64,000 bases of DNA from a virus. Location of the stretch: the IMG/VR virus record IMGVR_UViG_3300034272_001354, positions 1 to 64,000 of that record, one strand, 5' to 3'. A program made the translations under genes and the position numbers. Within the stretch, counting starts at the first letter, position 1. Each line of letters begins with the position of its first letter. The notes beneath the pieces were generated by a model. It saw nothing but the letters and a program-made list of their open reading frames with translations. It ran no database searches and was not told the DNA's origin. This document shows positions 58,767 to 64,000 of this stretch, one piece after another.

Positions 58767-59588
58767 TTAAAACAATTTAAAATATTTACTATCAACTTTA
58801 AACGGATACTTCTTATATCCTAACCCCTCAATCATCTTTTTACCGGTCTCTATTCCACTATAAACATCTTCGACAACAACATACTCATTTGGGGTGTGAT
58901 AGTTGTAATAACCTATCGCAAAATTGATACAGGAGAAATCAAAGATATTCTTTAATGCGTAAACATCTGTATATGGGTGAGATTGATAGTCATGTCTACC
59001 GTTAAACCCTTCGTTTAATGCTACATCACAAATTTTAAAAAATTCACTATCTCTTTCAAACAATTGTGTTCCCATACAATATTCACTAACCATAACATTT
59101 CCCGGAGCATCAAACTGAATACCATAACCAACATTTAAAAAGAAATTTGGGTCGGCCTTTTTAGAACCATGACATCCGGTTTCTTCTGATACAAAGAATG
59201 CCGCTTTTAAATTTGGTAATTCTTTTAATAATTCCAAACAAGCAAAAACCCCACATTTATCGTCACCACCAATACCTGTTGGGTGTCCAAAATGATTATA
59301 CGCTTTTAGGGATGGTTTTAAAACTTTTTGTTCGTTAGGTAATGTTTCCTCACGAATAATAATGTTATCCAAAGAGTGGACCGTGTCGGTATGAGCAATC
59401 ACACAAGGGAAATATTCAATAAATTCATCGGTTTGTTTAACCGCATAAATATTATTATGCTCATCCATATTAAATGGAATCCCATTGTCTTCTAACCATT
59501 TGATTAGAAACTCAACCATAAGGTCTTCTTGATATGTTTTTGTCGGAACTGACAAAACTTCTTTTAATAATTCATAATCTCTATCCAT
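58767..59588 (-). CDS. M20/M28-family zinc peptidase
   Basis: AHTDTVH, GGDDKCG, EETGC.GS, QFD, YHT..E. Confidence 0.85.
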   Translation of the reverse strand: MDRDYELLKEVLSVPTKTYQEDLMVEFLIKWLEDNGIPFNMDEHNNIYAVKQTDEFIEYFPCVIAHTDTVHSLDNIIIREETLPNEQKVLKPSLKAYNHFGHPTGIGGDDKCGVFACLELLKELPNLKAAFFVSEETGCHGSKKADPNFFLNVGYGIQFDAPGNVMVSEYCMGTQLFERDSEFFKICDVALNEGFNGRHDYQSHPYTDVYALKNIFDFSCINFAIGYYNYHTPNEYVVVEDVYSGIETGKKMIEGLGYKKYPFKVDSKYFKLF

Positions 59589-59592
59589 TCAA

Positions 59593-59600
59593 CAAAGATA
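59593..59600 (-). promoter_or_regulatory. Bacteroidota-type -7 box, 4 nt from the ATG
   Basis: TATCTTTG-TTGA-ATG. Confidence 0.6.
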
Positions 59601-59630
59601 ATATAAAATATGACAATATTAAAGATTTTA

Positions 59631-60998
59631 TTAGTTTATTCTAATAAACCCTTCAAATAACTCGGGAGAAACTAAAAAGTTATTAAATTCTTCTTCGGTG
59701 TAACTTCTATCTTCCAATCCACCACCATCTTTTTTAAACACTTGAACAACAATTTTATTTGTTGCCGGGTCGATTTTTCTAATAAAAAACTCTCTACCTG
59801 ATTTAGTTTCATATCTGTTGTTAAGATGATAATTTTTAGTAATTCTATTGAATATATTAGAGTATTCATAAACATCAATAAATTCATCAGAATCTTCTAT
59901 TTTTTCAAAGATTTTATCAAGTTGTCTTTCCACAGATTCATTGAATGATTTTTCATCAAAGCTGACACTATCAATTTCCCACCTATTCTCATCCCATCCG
60001 CCAATATTACTATCTCTATGACCAATATTTTTTAACACTTCTCGTAAAGATAATGTTTTATCTCCAACGTTGTTATATAAAGATAATAATATACTCACAG
60101 TGGTGTAATACTGTCTAAAACAATCTTGTCTAATTAAACCATAATTAGAAAAATAATCACACACGTCACCCTCAATCCATTCTTTGGCACCATTATTTCT
60201 ACTAGCATTTTCTTCGTCAGTCCAATCAGTAATAATGTAATCAACCTCATTTGGAAACATTTTCTCTAATAATTTACTAGATTGTTCTTTGTCTTCATCA
60301 GTATCTAATTTAGCGGTAGATGGACTAATAAGTCGAAGTATTTGTTTTAATTTAGTTAAATTGTCATCTGAAAATTGATATAAAAGATATCCTTCATTCC
60401 ATTCATTATATCCGTGGTCATAATCAATAAAATTGGCTCCATCATAATAAGAATAAACCGATTCCGCAAAAGGAATATCGTATTCGTCAATATCAAATAA
60501 TTTTAAATAATCCTCCATATCATCAAACTGAAGTTTAACCATACTTTTAGTTGGATTTTTCTCATTATATATGAACTTCCAAACAAGGTCGTCAGCTCTT
60601 TGCATTTGATTAGACGTTACTTTTTCTCCGTTTTTAACATCCAATAGTAATTTGTAAACATCTGATTGACCCACAATATTATCAACAACGGATTTAACCT
60701 CATCCGGTAAATCGGATTCAAATTCACTTCTATTTAATTCTCTGTGTCTGGTTGCTTCACCACCATAATATTCTATTTTATTATCTTGTGTTTTATGAAT
60801 AACTGATGTTTGAATTGGTTCCTTATTTTTATCTATAATAAAATAAGTGTCCCCCTCTTTAAATTGATTCCATCTGTCTTTATAGTTTTCCGGTGCGTAA
60901 TAAACAAAGGAATCGTAGTCCAATGGGTCTACAACCATCCAATCTTCATTATCTAATAATATATTTTTCATCCCGTGAAAATCCTTTGTGTCAGGCAT
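59631..60998 (-). CDS. Hypothetical acidic protein
   Basis: 455-aa ORF after TATTTAT (61016-23). Confidence 0.75.
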   Translation of the reverse strand: MPDTKDFHGMKNILLDNEDWMVVDPLDYDSFVYYAPENYKDRWNQFKEGDTYFIIDKNKEPIQTSVIHKTQDNKIEYYGGEATRHRELNRSEFESDLPDEVKSVVDNIVGQSDVYKLLLDVKNGEKVTSNQMQRADDLVWKFIYNEKNPTKSMVKLQFDDMEDYLKLFDIDEYDIPFAESVYSYYDGANFIDYDHGYNEWNEGYLLYQFSDDNLTKLKQILRLISPSTAKLDTDEDKEQSSKLLEKMFPNEVDYIITDWTDEENASRNNGAKEWIEGDVCDYFSNYGLIRQDCFRQYYTTVSILLSLYNNVGDKTLSLREVLKNIGHRDSNIGGWDENRWEIDSVSFDEKSFNESVERQLDKIFEKIEDSDEFIDVYEYSNIFNRITKNYHLNNRYETKSGREFFIRKIDPATNKIVVQVFKKDGGGLEDRSYTEEEFNNFLVSPELFEGFIRIN

Positions 60999-61053
60999 TG
61001 ATATTTATTTTAATAATAAATATAATTTTATTTGGATTTATCCAAAAATGTAT

Positions 61054-61061
61054 TATCTTTG
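61054..61061 (+). promoter_or_regulatory. Bacteroidota-type promoter of tmRNA
   Basis: TATCTTTG with TTTG at 61031. Confidence 0.7.
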
Positions 61062-61075
61062 TGGTATCAAAATAT

Positions 61076-61471
61076 GGGGGTAAAATGGTATTGACTGGCA
61101 TATCTACTTATTTGGGGCACGTAGTGAGAAGTTTCCTATCACTTAAATCTATGGATGACAAAATTATAAATGGCAACATTTTAAACAAAATGGCTCTAGT
61201 AGGTCTTGTACGTCAAGACGAGCTTGTGAACGTAGCGTAAGCAAACACACATTCGGGCCGGTGAGCATTACGCCTAGGAACAGAAGCTTTTACAAAGGTG
61301 TGGTACCTATCCGAAAAGGTACAAGTGGAGGATTAGTTCTCAATAAACCGAACCACTCAAAAATAAGGGAATTGTGAAATTTCGGATTGTTAGCTTAAAC
61401 AATGTCCTAAACGTGTAGTCCTGAACACTTAGGGTGAGCAACACGAGGCTTCGAAGCCTCTACCTCCACCA
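61076..61471 (+). ncRNA. ssrA: tmRNA
   Basis: 5' GGGGGTA pairs with 3' TACCTCC-ACCA including G3:U70; GTATTGAC D-like region; TTCGAA T-loop; ATAAAT|GGC resume context; tag ORF 61172-61240; smpB nearby. Confidence 0.92.
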
Positions 61472-61475
61472 AAAG

Positions 61476-61504
61476 AAAAACCCATCATTACGATGGGTTT
61501 TTTT
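61476..61504. terminator. Bidirectional terminator after tmRNA
   Basis: AAAAACCCATC-ATTAC-GATGGGTTTTT. Confidence 0.85.
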
Positions 61505-61527
61505 ATTATCAGTTCAATGTTTATTTT

Positions 61528-61860
61528 TTAATCTTGTAATAAATCCTTTTTACTCGGATTCAATTTATTCGTTAATTTATCTAATCTTGAATCAACAAAT
61601 CTATATATTTCGTCAATATGAGTCGTAATATGTCTATTCGTTGTTTCATTTAATTTATTTGTTCTATCAATCTCACCATCAATACGACGGTTAATCATTT
61701 GGTCTACCTCATCTATTCTTAAATAAATATTATTTATTATTTCTTGTTGAGTTCTAACCAATCCTTTTAATTTTTTGATGTTTGAATACATCCTAACCAC
61801 AACTATAACCCCCAGTATCCCGAGAACCATAACCATACCTAAAAACATTCCTATAATCAT
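61528..61860 (-). CDS. Single-TM coiled-coil protein
   Basis: Hydrophobic N-terminus followed by a heptad-like region. Confidence 0.6.
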   Translation of the reverse strand: MIIGMFLGMVMVLGILGVIVVVRMYSNIKKLKGLVRTQQEIINNIYLRIDEVDQMINRRIDGEIDRTNKLNETTNRHITTHIDEIYRFVDSRLDKLTNKLNPSKKDLLQD

Positions 61861-61905
61861 AATTTCTGTGTTTTATTTATTTGTTTATTTGAACTGATAA
61901 TTTTA

Positions 61906-62298
61906 TTACATTTTAACTTCTTGGTGACCCCCACCCCATAAATAACCATCACCATAATTTGTACAAATTTCTTCACCGGGTTGGATTGTTTGTAAAGCAT
62001 AAAATTGGAATGCTCTTTTTGTTGGATGATTTCTCCACATAGCATTATTTGTATCTGAATGATTATATATACACCCATAACCTAATGGAATCACATATTC
62101 TTCCCAATTTGGTCCTTGAGGATAACAAAATCTATAATCATCAAGTAGTTTTGATTTTTCCCATTTTTTTGTGGGTAATTTTACTAAATGACATTCTTCA
62201 ATTACCTCATCTTTTTGAATAACGTCAATAGCAAAGACCCCCATTCCTTTTCCTGGTGAGGGTTTAATTTCTATTTTAGTAGGTATTAATAAATTCAT
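61906..62298 (-). CDS. SET-domain protein-lysine methyltransferase
   Basis: SPGKGMGVFA, IYNHSD..NA, ALQTIQPGEEICTNYG. Confidence 0.9.
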   Translation of the reverse strand: MNLLIPTKIEIKPSPGKGMGVFAIDVIQKDEVIEECHLVKLPTKKWEKSKLLDDYRFCYPQGPNWEEYVIPLGYGCIYNHSDTNNAMWRNHPTKRAFQFYALQTIQPGEEICTNYGDGYLWGGGHQEVKM

Positions 62299-62323
62299 AA
62301 TTTAATTATAATAAAAAAAGGAA

Positions 62324-62761
62324 CTATTTCAAGTCCCTTTTCATATCTCTTTCAATATCCCGAGATTTAATACTATCTCGTTTATCGTGGAGTTTTTTTC
62401 CTTTGGCGAGAGCAATCTCCATCTTAACCAATCCGGTGTCATTTATGAAGACACGATAAGGAATGATGGTTGTCCCGTTTATTAACTCACGTTCCAACTT
62501 ATTTAGTTCTTTTTTCTTGGCCAATAGTTTTCTATCTTTAACTGTTTCATGGAATGACCCATAACCATAATCGGAGATGTTCATTCCCTTTATAAACAAT
62601 TCCCCATCATTAAAATAACAATACCCTTCAGATATGGAGACCTTTCCTTGACGGATGGACTTCACCTCTGAACCAACTAATTTGATTCCCACAATTAGGG
62701 TTTCTAAGAATGAATACTCAAACTTGGCTTTCTTATTGACTATGTTAATTGATTTTTTCAT
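62324..62761 (-). CDS. smpB: SsrA-binding protein SmpB
   Basis: NKKAKFEY, GIKLVGSEVKSIR, RKLL, AKGKKLHDKR; ATG at 62761. Confidence 0.95.
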   Translation of the reverse strand: MKKSINIVNKKAKFEYSFLETLIVGIKLVGSEVKSIRQGKVSISEGYCYFNDGELFIKGMNISDYGYGSFHETVKDRKLLAKKKELNKLERELINGTTIIPYRVFINDTGLVKMEIALAKGKKLHDKRDSIKSRDIERDMKRDLK

Positions 62762-62765
62762 AGGA

Positions 62766-62773
62766 CAAAGATA
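62766..62773 (-). promoter_or_regulatory. Bacteroidota-type -7 box, 4 nt from the smpB ATG
   Basis: TATCTTTG-TCCT-ATG. Confidence 0.6.
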
Positions 62774-62793
62774 ATATAAAAATTGGTATAAAC

Positions 62794-62827
62794 AAAAAAA
62801 GGTGTCACATTTCTGTAACACCTTTTT
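62794..62827 (-). terminator. Terminator of the large ncRNA
   Basis: AAAAAGGTGTTACA-GAAA-TGTGACACCTTTTTTT. Confidence 0.85.
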
Positions 62828-63714
62828 GGCTAATACGATGAGAATACTCGTGTTATTAAGAATCTTCGGAAGGATTATTGTTTCCCTTCTTTTCCACCAT
62901 CTTTTGAATGGTAATCCTCAGTGACAATTGGTTAGACCAATTACTCCTTGAGATATCATCTACTCTCTTATTATTCAACTCTCTTCAACCTTGCGGGCTG
63001 ACTCCGGATTCGACTCCGTAGAGGTTTTTCGTAAGAATACATTCTGACTTGCGGTCATCCTGTGCAACGAACGGCTCGTTACTATGTAGTCACCTTGTCG
63101 ATGATACCTGACAGACACTTTTGCTTATGTATCTTTTTAGTTTTACTTAAAATGTCCTATAAGTTAATTGTGTTGTGGATGTGTCCAAGTAGAGGTCTGT
63201 CGTAAGCTTCGTTATCTTTTGAACAACAAAATACTAATCTACTCGGTAGAGTGTCCCCACTCTCATATTTTAAGATTACTTCAAACTGACATCTTGGTAG
63301 ATGTTTCGTAAGGTTAGTAGCGACACCACTCGTTCTCTAACTTACCTTTCGGTTTTAAGTCCCCTTTGATATTGGAATCCGTAATTATAAGGTTGGATGA
63401 CCCTATTTCTCACATAATCCCTATCGGTTATTCTTGTTGGTGTTCCCACCTCAACCTGACGACCCACATCGCCCGGTCACCCAACCACTTTCTCTAAAGC
63501 GTTGCCCTCAATACTGAAGGTCAGGTGATATCCGACTTGTATACTCGAGCTCCCTTTCAGAAGCCGCAGAACCAATAACACTAATGATTCCACTTTATCC
63601 CGGTTTCCCGGTTTATTTAAGGATGATATACCACCCATTATCGTTTCTTACATCACCGAAGTGTGTAATGGATAATCTAAAATTTCTAAGAACGTTTAAG
63701 GTTTCCCTCAATTG
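62828..63714 (-). ncRNA. Large (~0.9 kb) structured ncRNA, GOLLD-like (family assignment tentative)
   Basis: No ORF of 60 aa or more, raised GC, own promoter and terminator, many hairpins with UUCG/GNRA loops, adjacent to tRNA-like genes. Confidence 0.75.
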
Positions 63715-63719
63715 TTTTA

Positions 63720-63749
63720 CAAAGATAAGTGATTTTTTTCATTTGTCAA
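63720..63749 (-). promoter_or_regulatory. Promoter of the large ncRNA
   Basis: TTGACA (63749-44) ... TATCTTTG (63727-20). Confidence 0.75.
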
Positions 63750-63787
63750 GCACTTTATAAAACTTTTTTTTAATTTTTTTTTATTTG

Positions 63788-63878
63788 TGGTATCGGCGGG
63801 GTTCGAACCTGCGGCACAGAGTCTTTCGTTACTCTTGCTCTACCAAGGAAGATAAATCTTCCACTGAGCTACAATACC
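63788..63878 (-). tRNA. Aberrant tRNA-like RNA (hairpin inserted in D-loop, 8-nt anticodon loop; no amino acid assignable)
   Basis: GGTATTG/CGATACC-A acceptor, GCTC/GAGC D-stem, AGAGT/ACTCT stem with loop AACGAAAG, GGTTCGAACCC T-arm. Confidence 0.75.
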
Positions 63879-63889
63879 ATGTAAAAAAA

Positions 63890-63964
63890 ATGTGGGTGTA
63901 TGCTCTACCATCTGAGCTACGGATAAATCCGGAGGGATTTGAAACCTCGACACGACACCCACAC
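63890..63964 (-). ncRNA. Circularly permuted tRNA-like RNA (YrlA-like topology)
   Basis: 5'-GTGTGGGTGT-CGTGTC-GAGGTTTCAAATCCCTC-CGGATTTATCCG-TAGCTCAGATGGTAGAGC-AT-ACACCCACAT. Confidence 0.75.
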
Positions 63965-64000
63965 TAATCTTTCAATATTTTTATGAACTTTATTTCTTGT

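Noticed and set aside
3456-61023. T4-type TATAAATA late promoters
   Set aside because: The matches point away from the adjacent genes; the coding-strand motif is consistently TATTTAT
60893-61240. 115-aa ORF
   Set aside because: Overlaps the tmRNA and its promoter; only the last 22 codons (the tag) are meaningful
62828-63714. RNase P RNA, group I/II intron or rRNA fragment
   Set aside because: No GAGGAAAGUCC P4 signature seen, no interrupted host gene, no recognisable rRNA sequence; it has its own promoter and terminator
63788-63878. Canonical tRNA-Phe (GAA in the loop)
   Set aside because: The loop is 8 nt, lacks U33 and has purines at 32/33, so no anticodon can be assigned
63785-63967. 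60-aa ORF
   Set aside because: Antisense to the two tRNA-like RNAs
1-64000. CRISPR array
   Set aside because: All repeats seen are coding tandem repeats without unique spacers
1-64000. Stop-codon reassignment, or introns/inteins in core genes
   Set aside because: MCP, portal, TerL and ClpC are full-length and contiguous in the standard code, with dense gene packing

Overview
AT-rich segment of a large T4-like (myovirus-type) phage genome. The host is most likely Bacteroidota, judged from TAnnTTTG -7 promoters, a phage bS21, signal peptides ending before Gln and a DUF4494-like gene. Left to right: (i) 1-11.5 kb, minus strand: fibre and virion genes, including a >1100-aa Gly-X-Ser/Asp collagen-like protein that the ORF track missed (the + strand 'PEVP' ORF is its shadow). 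(ii) 11.6-14.4 kb: late hypothetical genes and a WYL protein. (iii) 14.5-28.1 kb: sugar-modification cluster (7-8 glycosyltransferases, DegT aminotransferase, GNAT, O-methyltransferase, cytidylyltransferase) mixed with dUTPase, an exonuclease and PhoH. (iv) a gp55-like late sigma factor, baseplate spike and other virion genes. (v) head module: MCP, scaffold, prohead protease, bS21, portal, TerL. (vi) 53-64 kb: OmpA-like protein, nucleotidyltransferase, KTSC protein, N-domain-less ClpC, peptidase, tmRNA, SET protein, SmpB, a ~0.9-kb structured ncRNA (GOLLD-like) and two aberrant tRNA-like RNAs, one circularly permuted. The strongest leads are the RNA/translation-quality-control locus at 61-64 kb, two convergent cassettes pairing a secreted small protein with a leader-bearing OmpA-like protein, a TATTTAT candidate late promoter (inverse of the T4 motif) and a probable virion-glycosylation system. 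All calls come from reading motifs by eye; no searches were run.
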